Positions 32,347 to 44,797 of a DNA stretch of 64,000 nt are shown one piece after another. The stretch comes from Pelagomonas calceolata. Lineage: Eukaryota. The first letter of the stretch is position 1; each line of letters opens with the position of its first letter. The DNA lies in contig CAKKNE010000003.1 of NCBI GenBank assembly GCA_918797485.1, positions 5,022,001 to 5,086,000 of the forward strand. The letters are read 5' to 3'. The position numbers and the translations under genes were made by a program. The notes below the pieces were generated by a model. It saw nothing but the letters and a program-made list of their open reading frames with translations, was not told the origin of the DNA and made no database searches.

Positions 32347-34624
32347 TCAAGCACCAGCCAAAAACCGGCGGAACACGTCTGCGTCCACGTCGTCCCCGTG
32401 CACTTCCAGGAAGCGCTGGGCGCGTCTCCGTGCGTCGAGCGTCACGTTCGCGAGCTCGGCGTCGGTCGGCGCGTCAACGTTGCCAAAGGGTAGACCCCGG
32501 GCCGCGAGGTCGCGCCCCGCCGCGAGCGCGCCGTGGAGAGAGACGGCGGCCAGGAGGGCGTTCTTCGCCGCGTCGCCCGCGGGAGACGACAGATGCGCTC
32601 GGTGCGAGGCGGCGGCGTCGGCCGCGGGGCCCGTGAGGCGCCGCGCGGCGCGTAGCGCGGCGACGTACGCGGGGACGCCCTCGGGCACGAGCCCGGACGC
32701 GCGCAGCTCCTGCGCCAGCGTCAGCGCGAATAGTCCGGTCTGGTAGTGCGCCTGCGCGGAATCGCGTTCTCGAATCAATTATCGACTAAGACAGCGCACC
32801 CCGGGTCGGATTGCAGCCTACACAGGAGTGCGCGTCGTTGTAAGCCGCGCCTGCCGCGATCTCCCAGCTCCCGACGCGGAAGCGGTCCGGCGACGGCGGG
32901 CCTCCCTCGTAGGCCGCCTTCAGACGGTCGATCTCCGCCAGGCTCCGCGCGAGCCATTCGCCCGCGTCCCCCTGGACCGCCCCCGCGGCGACGATGCGAT
33001 AGTGGAGCCCCCACGGCACGAGGTTCCAGCGCCCACGCCACGATCCCAAGCGGCCGATGTGTGGCTCGTGAACGCCGTGGATGTCAAGGTAGATGCCCGC
33101 CGGGAACGCGTCGAGGTTGCCGGTCGCGACGTCCTCGACGAGCCGCTCGTACCGCTCGGTCGCGGGGTCCGTCGACGCGGCCGCGACGTCCGGCCATCGC
33201 TTCATCCTCGGATGCAGCGGGTGCTGCCGCGCGAACCACGGGTACGGGAGCAGCTGGAGCGACAGGTGCGTCACGTCGGGCCTTGCCCCCTCGCAGGCGC
33301 GGAGGTAGCGCGCCGGATTCCAGTGGAGGTCCGTGTGCGACAGTAACAGGCCGCCCTCCGGCACCGCCGCGAGCGCGGCGGCGCCGTGCGTCGCGAGCGC
33401 GGCGACGACGGAGAAGTCCAGCGCCGGCCAGAGTGCCGCCACTCTCGACGCCACCACACAAACGCAGAGCGCCAGGGCCGCCGCCGGCAGCGGCTTTGGG
33501 GCCCGAGCCGCCACGGCCGCAGCGCCCGCGCCCGCCATGACACAAACTAGCAAATGAGGCTGCATCCAGAAGCGGGCGTGCACTTCGTAGGCCATCGACG
33601 GCTCGTGGATGGGCAGATTGGACCATATTCCGTGCCAGAGGAGCGTGTAGAGGGTCCAGGCACCGCTGACGGCGCGCGCCGCGCGCCGCGCGGGCCGGTT
33701 CTTGCTCAGGGCGCCCGCGCCCGCGCCGACGAGGGCGAGCGCCAGCACGGTGGCGCCCGTCTGGTCCAGCGACCAGGTGAAATACGCGAGGACGCGCGGT
33801 CGGAGCCCGGCCGTGCCTGCCGCGGACGCTCCGAGGCGAAACGTGCCGTATTCGTAGCGCGTCAAGTGCGTGAAGACGCCCCGCGCGGTCGTGAGGTCGC
33901 CCCACGAGCCTTCCGTGGCCGCTGCCGACCGCTCCGTGAGCTTGTACGTCGGGTAGGCCCAGGCCGCGACGGCGACGGCGAAGAGCTCGAGCATGAATAA
34001 GGGCCCCGCCCGAAGCCAGGCGACGGCGAAGGCCGCGAGCGGCGCCGCCGTGAGGAGCGACGCGTGCTGGTGCGCCGCGCAGCAGCCCACTAACAACGCC
34101 GCAAAGCGCGCGGGCCGCCGGTCGCGCGGGTGCGCGGCGAGCGCGGCCGCGCACCAGATCCCAAAGGCGACGAGCGCGTTGTTCAGCGCGAAGACCTCGG
34201 CGTGCGTCGCGTATTCCCAGGGCAGCGGCGACGCGAGAAGGGCGCCGCCGGCGACGACCGCCGCTATGGCGCCGTGCCGGCCCTCGTCGAGGTGCCTGGC
34301 CCAGGTCGCGGCGGCGCGCGCGCAGCCCCAGACGGCCGCCGCGCCGCAGAGCGCCGACATGAGACTCGCGCGGCGCGCGGCGCGCGTTGGATCCAGGGCG
34401 AAGATATTTGCCAGCTCAAGCCAGAGCCCATAGCCCGGCGGGTGCGCGACGCCCCCGACGCAGGCCTCCGCGAGCAGCTCGCCCGAGTCGCCGCCGCCGA
34501 CGCTCGCCGCCGCCGTCAGCGCGTAGACGACGCTCGCGCTGACGCCGCAGGCCGCGGCCGCCGCGCGTGCGGCGTCGTCGTCCGACTGCAGCGCTTGCTT
34601 CCTTGACGTGCTCTTCTTGCCCAT
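32347..34624 (-). CDS. TMEM260/DUF2723-family protein O-mannosyltransferase-like; intron 32752-32833
   Basis: GGDSGELLAEACVGGVAHPPGYGLW, WEYATHAEVFALNN, HQHASLL, HLTRYEYGTFRL, RFWMQP. Confidence 0.85.
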
Positions 34625-34974
34625 TACCGCAGTCGCGGTGAGGCTGCCCAGAGACGACGCACGTTATGAGTAAGATGTACGGTCTCTCTCGGGGGCAGGG
34701 ACCGCATTCCGGCTCCCGGGTCAGCAGCCCGCACCGGAGTGATTCACAGATGAGCGTACCGGTACCGTGGTACTTGCTGGCACCACGTAGAGAGAGAAAC
34801 CACTAGCCTTTCCTACCCTAGATATGTATCTCCCACTCTCTAATATTTGAGTCTATACATTGAGTGCCAAAAGCACTACGGTGTAACAACAGTTCACTAT
34901 AAAACACTCTCGTAGTCAGGCCTATCAGCCCTAGGCTGGTTAGCTAGGACCCTGCTACTTTACATAACGCTGAA

Positions 34975-35491
34975 ACATACTCTTGCTAGGTTATGGGCCC
35001 ACAGGGTTCTGCCTATTGACGTAGAGTGTTTTACAGTGAACTTGAATGCCTAAACAAGGAAAAACACCCAAAAAGAAATCTAAAGAGAAAACACCCCAAA
35101 AGAGCGGAGAAAGTGAATATCCAGCGATGGATGAAGATGAATTTAACCGGCTCTTTCAAAACGCGATCGAACCGTGACAATCATAAGCGCGTTTACTTGC
35201 TGGCAAGTTCAAGTTGCTGCCTCGATTCTTGTGCAGCTAGATCACTTCTAGTTTTCAGTTCATCCATGAATTTAAGAAGAGCCATGTCTGCGTCGGGATT
35301 TGCTGAGACATAGGTTCTCAGGGCAGGCGATTCCAGTTCCACTGCTCGATCCGCGGCCAGTTTCCGAGGGAGAAGGAAGTATCCTAAAATACAGGCCACT
35401 AGCCTCTGATATCCACTAGAACCTGAGAGGAGCTCTAGATAAAGGTAACTACAGCATCATAGCACAATCGCTGTAGCGACATACTCTTGCA
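34975..35491 (+). mobile_element. decayed Copia-type fragment with primer-binding site
   Basis: GGTTATGGGCCCA (34989-35001), the copia-type tRNAi-Met PBS, follows ACATACTCTTGCTA; ACATACTCTTGCA recurs at 35479-35491; AT-rich interior. Confidence 0.5.
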
Positions 35492-35732
35492 GCTGGTACC
35501 GTAGGATACCTACGGTACCGTAGGTACGCCCTCTACAGTCCCGACCATCGTTCCTGCGGTACCGGCACCGTGGTAGTACGTGCACGTCGTGGCGCCAGTT
35601 TGCTTGGAGACGACGTATCATACGTTGCACAAGCTCTAATTGGCATTGCCTTCGTCCAACTTTTTCCCCCAACACTCACTCTCGAAGCCTAGGACCCTCG
35701 CTTATTTGATGACGTGCAACATTGTTGGAAGG

Positions 35733-36916
35733 ATGCTGGGCCAGTTTTCCCTCCTCGTTTCCATCGCAGGCGGTACCACGCACCTGGGCCCCGATATTTT
35801 CACGCGGCAGCGAATCCACGACTGCGGAGCTTCCATGATGCGCCGCGCGGGTGCTGAGATGGACTGGGGCGCAAAATTTGACGAGTGGCCCGCGATCGCG
35901 CGGGAAATTGACGTGGACGCCACCGCGGCCAGCCGAGACGCCGGCAACGGGTCCGTCTACTACGCAGTCGCACTCATGGTGGACCAGCAGAGTCGGGTCG
36001 AACACACGCGCGAGCTGCTGGCGCGTCACCCGCGGTGGCACGTGTTCAACTCGACGAGCAAGTACAGCGTCGACGTGCTTTACCGCCACTATGTCGGCAT
36101 GGGCCTGCGGCTGCGCGAATTCAAGCTCGAACCGCTCCTGGGCAAGGTCGCGTGGCGCGGGCCGGCGCCGAAGAAACGGAGGAAGAATCGATCGTTGCCG
36201 GTGGATCGGTTTCCGGGACTCCGCCCTTCCGCCGCAGGTGGTGGACTTGCATACGATTCTGCATGCTCGTCCTGGGGTCCGGCCACGCGTACGGCGTCAT
36301 GCTGAACGACGACGTCACTGTCGCTGATGATTTCGAAAGGACGCTGGAGGCGCACCTGCTCCGATTTTCCGGGCCCATGAAGTTCGCAACCTACCGTCTG
36401 GGGCAGTTCGATCTGGGACTGGTGGTCTCGCGCGAGTCGGCGGCGCGCCAGCTGGGCATCATCTGCGAACTAGAGACACTCGACCACTTCCACGACCATT
36501 TCACGAGTCGCACACATCGGTGGCTTCCGCACGTCGTGGGCAACTGCCCGATCACGTACGCCGGTAGGCCCCTAGAAGGCCTGGCGCGCCCGCATGGTGC
36601 GCTCCACGCCAAAAGCAACATTCTCGGCGTGGCGAACGAGGCCTCAGACGCGGAGTTTCTCGCCCGCATCCGCAATCGGCCTCGCGATCGTCCGGGTTTC
36701 TGCGGGTCGGCGTATCCTGGCCGTATTTTCAATCGATCGCACCTTGGTGCCTGGATTCACGCCGATCCCGCCCTACGCCCCGCAAACGCGCCGCTTGGCG
36801 GTCCGCAAGGGACCGTAGCGCGGCCAGCCGCGCCTGATCTCCGAGCCGCGACGACTCACGCCCTCCTCGCGGAGCTCGCGAATCGAGTCGAGGGCCCGGG
36901 TGGGGGAACAGGGTAG
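35733..36916 (+). CDS. GT25-like glycosyltransferase, one intron about 36151-36237
   Basis: YYAVALMVDQQSRVEH.., LLGKVA/WWTCIRFCMLVL..YGVMLNDDVTV..DF; start could be 35709. Confidence 0.5.
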
Positions 36917-36971
36917 TACTCTGCGGAGTACGCATTATTCTGTAACCACCTGTTGGCAATTCCGTTGACCA

Positions 36972-37451
36972 GACTCGGAAAAAAAGAGCCTGAGAATCCC
37001 GCCGGCCCTCAGGCTCGGTTTGGAGCGCCCTCAGGCTATACAAGTTACTAGCCTGAGTATTTCGAGTCATATAAATTAAATAGATGCTAGTAAAAATTCA
37101 GTTAAGGAACTTGAAGCCTGACCCTGAGCCGGAGGAATATCCGAGTCCTAAATAAAAACCGTAGCCGCGGCGTCACGGTACCAGTGACCGTCAGTGACTC
37201 AGGCTAGCCTACCTGAGTACTACTAGTAGAGTGCTACTAACTTGAAACAAATACTTATCACGTTATCGCGGTAAATACATAAATATTTCAAGTTTGTTCG
37301 AGGATTCAATGAGGAAGGAATGATATCCTAGTAATAAAAAGACATAGCCTGAGTACGTCAACTTGAAGCCTGTACTAGTAGCCTAGGATGATACCCAGCC
37401 GGCGCTGCTACTAGTAAAAATGGAGGTGAGGAAACGGCAAAGCAACTTGAA
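36972..37451. other. hotspot of XY-C-rc(XY)-G-XY 8-mers (18 counted) in a convergent spacer
   Basis: Starts at 36972, 36987, 37008, 37030, 37050, 37108, 37140, 37164, 37172, 37198, 37221, 37239, 37287, 37346, 37360, 37373, 37409, 37444. Confidence 0.9.
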
Positions 37452-37566
37452 GTTTCAATCTCCTGACTCGACGAATCAGAAATGGATTCTAGTAGAGGCT
37501 TTATTTATTATCCGATTCGAGTGTGTACATCACAGGAGGCAGCCGCCAGACGCGCCATCCATCGGC

Positions 37567-39610
37567 TTAAAACGAGTAGAGAGCTTCCGCGTACACGTCG
37601 ATCGCGTCGTCTTCGTCCACGCCGAAGTCGCCGCCGCGCCGCCGGCCCGGAGTAGGCGTCGTCGCCGCCGCCGTATCGGGGGTGCCGCCCGCGACGGGTC
37701 GATCGTCATCGTCGTTGTCGAAGAGAATGGCGGCGACGGAGGTAGCGACGGAGGTGAGGGGAGCGAGCGGCGCCGGTGCCGGGGGTTCGTCGAGGACGTG
37801 ATCCGTCGCGGCGGCGACGCGGGCGATGTCGGCGGCGCGCGGCCTGGCGGCGGCATCCCCGAGCGTCCCGAGGACGGCGAGGAGCCAACCGGTCTGGGCC
37901 GTCTGCTCAAGGACGGCGGAGACGTAGTCCGTCGCGACGCCGACGGCCCACGACGGCCCGAGGGGCCAAAAGCCCTCGTGCCAGGCGTTGTGCCCGCCCC
38001 GGTTCGTGCGCACGACGACGACGCGGGGGTTCCGCACGAGCTCCGGCCAGTCGTAGCAGTCGTCGTGCGACACGAGCGGGTCGTCGCGCGCGTGGACGAC
38101 GAGGAGCGGAATGCGCACGTCGCGGAGTCGCTCGCGGCTCGACGCGACGTAGTGCGGCCGCGTGCGCGGGAGTCGGGCCGGCACGGGCGCCAATGGCGCA
38201 CTGGGCCGCCGCCGCCGCGCCGCCGCGCCGGCGCCGTCGTCGAAGCCGGCAAACGAACCCGGCTCGGAACGATTCGACGCGCGGGGGATGGCCGCGACGT
38301 GACGATCGTACATCACGGCCGGGCCGTGCCGCGCGAACGCCAGGACGCGGCGCGCGTGCTCGCGGCGCGCGCGCTCGTCGGCGAGGCCCGGGTCGGCCCT
38401 CGCGTGGCGGAGAATGCACCGTCGCATGCCGCGCGCGAAGACCTTGCGGTACGTCGCGTTTTTCGTCTTGGCGACGAAGTCCGCGGTACGCAGAAAATCC
38501 ATGCAGCCCGCGAGCGTGACGGCCGCGACGAGCGGCGTCGCCTCGCCGGCGGCCGCGAGGTACTGAACCAGCAGGAAGGCGGACGCGGAGTGCGCGACGC
38601 AGAAGATCGGCGCCGCCGGGTTCGACGCGCGGATCGCCTCGACTGCGCGCGCGAGGTCCCGCCACTCGTTCCAGTCGAGCCGCCAGTCGCTGAAGGCGAC
38701 CGCGCGCCAGCCGCGGCTCTCGCAGCGCCGCGCCAGGTGCTTCATGTAGTGGTCGTCGCGCGTGCCGCCGACGCCGTAGAGCAGCAGGACGACCGGCGAC
38801 GTTGGGGACGGCGGCGGCGCGCGCGTCGCGAAGAGGCCGTCGCCGTGCAGGGCGAACTCGTCGCGGTGCGCGACGAGCCAGTCGAGCCAGACCTCGCCGC
38901 CGTCGAACGTCCGGACGGCCTGGCGGCGCCAGCGCACGGGCCGCAGCAGCAGGAAGCTCAGGTCCGCCAGGACGTGCGCGATCACGGTCTGCGCGTGGCG
39001 GCTCGTCAGCCAGAACACGGGCCGAAACTCGCGCGTCGCGAGCCCGGCGCGCTCGACGATCGCCACGTTCCAGAACGTCCGCGTGCAGCTCACGACCGGC
39101 CGCTCGCAGACGCGGACGCGCCAGTGCGCCACCCAGCCCAGCGCGCCGCCGACGACCTGCCCGCGACGCCGGCGATCGCGACCGCGCGCGACGAAATCGC
39201 CCCCCTCGCGCGCGCCCCTCGCGCGGACCGACTTGGACGCGGCCGCGCGCCCAGGCCCAGACGTTCCGCGACACGAGGATGGCCAGCGCGCGCAGCACCT
39301 TGGCGACCGTCCGCCGGCCGGGGCGGCGGCCGAACACCGCGTCGAAGACGTACCGCCGGAGCCATCGCCTGCCGACGACCGCGGCGGCGAACGCGACGAC
39401 GAGGCCCTGGTTCCGCGCGCTCGTCTGCGTCAGCGAGTACGCGACGCTCCGCGCCAGGTCCTTGAGCCCGAACGCGTGGCGGCCCACGTTCACGCCGCGC
39501 CGCCGCCGCAGCAAGAAACGGACGCACGAACGCAGGGCGAGCACCGAGCTAATGACCAGCGTGAGCGCATCCACGAGCGCATTTTTCTCGTCGGGCCAGG
39601 AGGACGGCAT
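37567..39610 (-). CDS. alpha/beta hydrolase, ABHD1/2/3 (YheT) family, at least 1 intron
   Basis: HAQTVIA, DGGEVWLDW, PVVLLLYGVGG, GWRAVAF, VAHSASA, IPLLVVHARDDPLV, GGHNAWHEG. Confidence 0.8.
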
Positions 39611-39775
39611 CTGTTCGTGACTTGAGCCAGGACGGCTCGATGCGGAGCACTGATGATGAGAGTTACAACTCGTGCATGCTACATGTACCTGCGGTACCAC
39701 GGTACCAAGTACCATGGTACCGTACCGACCGGCTTGAAAAGTTTTCTTACTGAGCGGGGAGAAAAACACACACAG

Positions 39776-40714
39776 ATGCAAATTTGGGGTGGGAGTAGCG
39801 ACAAATGGGCAGCGTTTGTGTGCGTGTTCGTTTCTCACCGTGCTGCCGCTGCTTGCGACTTGCATGAGGAGCCCGAGGCCCACACGTACGCGAGGGCCAA
39901 GGCCTGCGAGGCGATGCTCCTCGACGGCGAGCTCGCGCGCTTTCGAGCGCACGCTCCCAGTGGGGTGGACATCGACGCCTACGTCCGCCGGGCGCTCGCC
40001 AAGCATCGGTTCCGCCTGCCGCATCGGGACCGCTTTCCCGAACTTCTCGGAAAGCTCGGCCTCAACCGCACCGCCGTGGAGATCGGCGTTCGCGAGGGGC
40101 ATTGGAGCCGCATGTTTCTTGGGCGCTGGCGCGGCAGAGCCTACCACGGCGTCGACCCGCTGCTTCTCAGCGCCGACTTGGAACGCTATCGGACGCTCAT
40201 GCCCGAGGTCCACGCGTACGGCGTTGAGACGATCGCCGCGCTCGAGAATGACCCGAGGTGGCACTTTCACCACGGGCTGGACCACAAGTTCGTCGACGCC
40301 TTTTCTGACGGCTCGCTGGACTTCGTGTATATCGACTCGGCGCACAACTACCGCGACGTCACAGATACCTTCGACCGATGGTGGCCGAAGCTACGGCCGG
40401 GGGGCATCATCGCGGGCCACGATTATTGTGTGGGCAGGTCCAAGGGAAGAGAAGAGGGGGTCGGCGAGTGGCCGCGACCGGACATCGCCCCGGAGCTCGC
40501 GGCCGCCCGCGTCCCGACCTGCGGCGTCTACGCGTGCATCGTCGGCGAGTTTTGCTACCCCAAGGACAAAAAACGCCGGGGCCAAGAAAAGATTGGCTTC
40601 AGCGGGGTGGCGCTCGCCGCCCGCGAGGCGGTCGCTAGGCGCGGATCTAGGCTCCAGTTCACAGGCGAGGGCGGCGTCGTCGGCAATCCAAGTTGGTGGG
40701 CCGTGAAGGCATGA
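39776..40714 (+). CDS. class I SAM-dependent methyltransferase (Methyltransf_24-like), probably secreted or Golgi
   Basis: AVEIGVREG, YHGVDP, LDFVYIDSAHNY..WWPKLRPGGIIAGHDY; N-terminal hydrophobic stretch. Confidence 0.8.
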   Translation: MQIWGGSSDKWAAFVCVFVSHRAAAACDLHEEPEAHTYARAKACEAMLLDGELARFRAHAPSGVDIDAYVRRALAKHRFRLPHRDRFPELLGKLGLNRTAVEIGVREGHWSRMFLGRWRGRAYHGVDPLLLSADLERYRTLMPEVHAYGVETIAALENDPRWHFHHGLDHKFVDAFSDGSLDFVYIDSAHNYRDVTDTFDRWWPKLRPGGIIAGHDYCVGRSKGREEGVGEWPRPDIAPELAAARVPTCGVYACIVGEFCYPKDKKRRGQEKIGFSGVALAAREAVARRGSRLQFTGEGGVVGNPSWWAVKA

Positions 40715-40959
40715 GTGCGACACATCGCAAAGGCAGACGTGTCGCGGCAGCCTGAGCCCGGTATCCGTACCAGGCCGTCCGGGGGCCCGGGTCCCCGGGG
40801 CTTGGCGTTCAACGGCCTCCTTCCACTCATAAAGCTCCTAACTTTGCTCTGGTTCACTATTTTAGTTATTTTCAATTATATCTTGAAACCTGGATAAGGT
40901 ACGAACTTGTTTACCGTAGGTACCGTACCGCATTAGGTACCCGGGCCGTACCGCAGTAC

Positions 40960-41082
40960 CTGCTATGATATGGCCACGGCCCCTTTTCCACATATAAATC
41001 TCCCAAATTTTATCTTAGCTTCACTATCCTAGTCTCATTTATCTTGGTTAGATACCCGGATAGAATAGGCCTAGTGAATACG
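40960..41082 (+). mobile_element. family B element, internally deleted copy (CTGCTATGATATGGCCA...CCTAGTGAATACG) inside a GTAC array
   Basis: Both termini are shared with the 60217-60707 copy; GTAC on the left, GTAGGTAC on the right. Confidence 0.8.
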
Positions 41083-41299
41083 GTAGGTACCTACGGTACC
41101 GTAGGTACCATACCGCAGTAGGTAACGTACCGTAGGTACGGTACCGGTAACCCCCTACTGCGGTACAACAGGCCGAAAATCGCGGTAAAAGCCACGGCCA
41201 CTCCGCTGCGCGGCCCAGTGTCTATCGCGGTTGGGGTTAAAACGCCTCGCCAGCTTGAGCCGTTCGACCACGCACCGACGACAGCGCGCGCGCAGGACG

Positions 41300-42068
41300 A
41301 TGAAATTGCTCGTCGCGCTCTCGCTGTTCGGTGCGGCCGCGGCCGTCGAGCTCACTCCCGACAAGCGCAGCTCCGGCGTCCCCTCTCTTCCGTATATAAG
41401 AAATAACGCGCTCGCCCACCCCGCGCAGTTGGGACGACATGACCGATGGCAAGACGGTCTTTATCAAATTCCTGGCGCCCTGGTGAGGGCACTGCAAGAA
41501 GATGAAACCTGCGTGGGACGCCGTCATGGCGGACTACGCGGACCACCCCACGAAGCTCGTCGCTGACGTGGACTGCGCGCCGCCGCGTCGTGAGGGGCGG
41601 CGTGAGAGGCTGTGACGGAGGACGCGCGCAGGCACCGCGGCCGGCAAGCCGCTCTGCGACTCCAACGGCGTGCGTGGCTTCCCGACGATCAAGTACGGCG
41701 ACCCTTCGGACCTCCAGGCCTACGAGGGCGGGCGCGACGAGAAGGCGCTCAAGAAGTTCGCCGAGGAGAAGCTCGTGCCCATGTGCTCGGTCAAGAACAT
41801 CGACCTCTGCAGCGCCGACAAAAAGGCCGAGCTCGAAAAGTACATGGCCCTGGACACGGAAGAGCTGACTAAGCTCATCACGGCCCAGGAGGACGAGCTC
41901 AAGCAGATCGAGGAGGAGTTCAAGAAGTCTGTCGAAGGACTCCAGAAGCTCTACGAGGGCTACACCAAGGACAAGGAGGAGAAGATGGCCAAGCTCAAGG
42001 ACGGCGGTCTCGGTTTGATGAAGTCCGTCAAGGCGTCGCGCAAGGGCGCCTCGAAGGACGAGCTCTAA
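41300..42068 (+). CDS. selenoprotein disulfide isomerase (WUGHC), ER-resident; GC-AG introns 41365-41428 and 41575-41631
   Basis: Signal peptide; VELTPDNWDDMTDGKTVFIKFLAPW-TGA(41484-41486)-GHCKKMKPAWD..VADVDCTAAGKPLCDSNGVRGFPTIKYGDP..YEGGRD; C-terminal KDEL. Confidence 0.9.
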
Positions 42069-42176
42069 TTGGCGTGGAGCGGCGCGGCGTGCTTCCCGCG
42101 CGCCCGTGCCGCCCTCGCCCGCGCCCGTCGGGCCCTAGGCCGCCGCGGGGCGCCCGAGAGTTCCGTGGGACTGGAA

Positions 42177-42239
42177 ACGCGCACCTGATGACGCGCCGTC
42201 GACTCCGCTTCGGGGTCCGCGGCGTCGAAAACCTGCCGT
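42177..42239 (+). promoter_or_regulatory. candidate SECIS element in the PDI 3'UTR
   Basis: ATGA (42188)...GA (42227) core; helix GCGCCG.GACTCC / GGGGTC.CGGCGT; lower helix ACGCGCA/TGCCGT; no apical AA. Confidence 0.55.
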
Positions 42240-42973
42240 GCCGGCCGGACAAAAAAGCAGCAACCCGAGTGTTTTTCATCTCGCGTCGGGTCTGCCTCCG
42301 GACGCGCGGCTCGCGCACTCTTCTAGTTCCGCGGGTACCTTCGGGACCTGCCCGCCCCTTCCCGGCATTCCTCGCGTCCTCCCAAGCGTGTAGAGCACCC
42401 AAGTATATTTCTCTCTCGCCTCCCCGTGCGCACGGGTTACCCCCTCACTCAGGCCGAGCCATGTCGCGCTATCGAGTATGTCTATAGACCTCGACTCTCG
42501 CCCCCCACTACTACGTTAGCCGACGTCCGCGGATTTGTGGCTCCATGCCCTAGCTGGAGCATCGTCCTTGAGGTGCCTGGGGTCGTGGGTCGAAGACCGC
42601 CGAGCGGTGCGATATGGACCTCCTCGTCGGCCGAGTCCTCGACTCGGATTTGTAATTTATTTACTTGTCTTTCCTGGGTTAGGCCACCTAGTGATATTTA
42701 TTTATTTGAGGCTATGATGCGCTTGAAGACAGACGCAAGCAAAAGGTAGATCTGCCAGTGAGCGGCGGCCCCGGGGCTACGTAGATAAATAAAATAAATA
42801 ATTACTAGTAGAAATCGAGGACGGAGGACACGCAATGGTCCACATCACAGCGCTTGCCTTTTTTCGCCCCGCGCCCCCAGGCTTCCCAGGAGCGACTAGA
42901 AGGAGCGACACTCAAGCTATGGCAAGGAGCCCTCCCCATGCGTAGCATGGAAACTCTCGGCAGCGTCAAGAAG

Positions 42974-44443
42974 CTACACATTCTTATTCAAACAAGCGAC
43001 GAGGAGCGGATCGCGGGGCCCCGGAGTTTCGTAGGCGACCGGATGGCCCGAGCCCGGGGTGTCGTCGTAGAAGGGCCCCGCCGGGTCGACCCAGCGGACG
43101 CGGCGGAGGCCGGCGCACCGGACGCGACGGAGCGCGGTCGCGCGAAGGCGGTCGTCGCCGAGGACTTCCGCCGCGCGGAAGCGCTCGTTTAAGCCCTCGA
43201 CGGCGAGGCGCCAGTAGCGCTCGAGTCCTCCGCCCGATCCGAACGCGCGAAAAGTGGCGTCGGCGCCTCGGCGGAGCCGGTCCTCAAGAGCCGCGTCGGC
43301 GCGGACGCCGTCGAGCGCGGCCACCTGCGCGTCCACGATCATCCCTCGAAATACATACTTCGCTCACCCGAGGCCAAAAAGACGGGGCCGACGAGTGATG
43401 CTCTCCGCCCGACGACCGACGCGAGGCGATGTCGTACGAGCACGGGCTGGAGGCTCGTGTGTGTTGTTCAGACGCCGGGTGCCAACGGCGGCGTTAAAAT
43501 CACGACCAACGACGCCGTGCGTCGCGCCCGCTTTCAATCCCGGGTAGTACCACTCGACCGCGGGCGAGTCCCAGAGGTGCACGACGCCCCGCATCGGCCA
43601 GAGCCAGTTGAGGTTGCGCGAGTACGACCCGCCCATGGTCCCCGGGAGGTTGAGGTATTGGCGCCAGCGACCGAAGTCGGACGCGTTGACGAACGCGCCG
43701 CGGACGGCGCCGGAATGCGCGGCGAGCGCGCGCATCGCCGCCGTGAAGCCGGCGCACGTGTTAGGATCGGGCGCGTCGAGCGTCGTGGCGCGGACGTCGA
43801 AGAGGTCGTCGCGCGCGGCCGTGAAGGTGAGCGCGGCGAGGCGCGCGACGTTGCCCGGGTTGCAGCCCGGCTTCACGGATCCGCGCCAGAAGACGCGCGG
43901 GTCGCGCGCGGGCCACGCGGGGATCGCTTCTCGCCACGCCGCGCACCGCTTCTCCCACTCGCCGACGTGCGCAAAGTACGGATTCGGCACCAGGACGCCC
44001 CGGGCCGCGAAGCCCGCCTGCTTGGCGATCGCGAGGCACGGCGCGGGCAGCTTCTCGCATCTTTGGCCCGTCGCGCCGGCGTCCCACGCGGCGACGACGT
44101 CCGGCAGCGGCGCGCGCGCGAGGATCGACAGGAGCGTCGAGAACAGGTAGTGCGGCTTGTGCTTCTTCGCGTCGCGGTGGTCGTCGAACACGTAGAGGGC
44201 GTTCTGGAAGACGATGAGCGCGTGCGGGCTCGCCGCGAGGACGGCGGCGACGCCGGCCGCCGCGGCCGCCGCGCCCGCCGGCCGCGGCGCGCTCGCGGCA
44301 ATGCTCCTGTGCAGTTCTCGTTTGACCTTCTCCCAAGGCTCCGCCGCGGCGAAGGACGCGCCGTGGAGCGCCACCAGCTCTTCCTCGGGCGCCCAGGCGC
44401 GCGCGCCGTTCGCGAGAAAAAGCACAAGGGAGCAGCGGGCCAT
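42974..44443 (-). CDS. CAP10/GT90-family glycosyltransferase, intron(s) near 43350-43480
   Basis: Signal peptide; LPDVVAAW, VLVPNPYF, PRVFWRGS, YLNLPGTMGGSYSRNLNWL, VEWYYPGLKAGATH. Confidence 0.75.
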
Positions 44444-44797
44444 AACACTGCATTTGGTTACCAGTATGGTTATCGTAGGTACGGTTAGCTCCGAGCATGC
44501 CTAGAGGTACCAATAATAACAAAAACCCTTGAATTCCATAGAGGCACTCTACCTACCCAGTATCGTATTCTCCCCGTCTCCAGTATTCGAGTTTAGACTG
44601 TTGTTCATCTATTGGCATTGCCCTTGGTGCGGCAGGTCACGGCGGTGCCCGCCGGGCCCGGGCTAGTGACCGTGACCGCGACACAGCACTTCACCGGCAC
44701 GGTCGCCGGTTACCGGAGCACATAACAGGTCGGCTCTGAACGAAACCCCGGCGACGCGGACGGACGGGTCACGAGGCTAAACTTGAATGAAAGAAAT

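Noticed and set aside
41484..41486. PDI as a nonsense pseudogene
   Set aside because: The stop falls exactly on the catalytic Cys position and the rest of the gene is intact, so Sec is more parsimonious.
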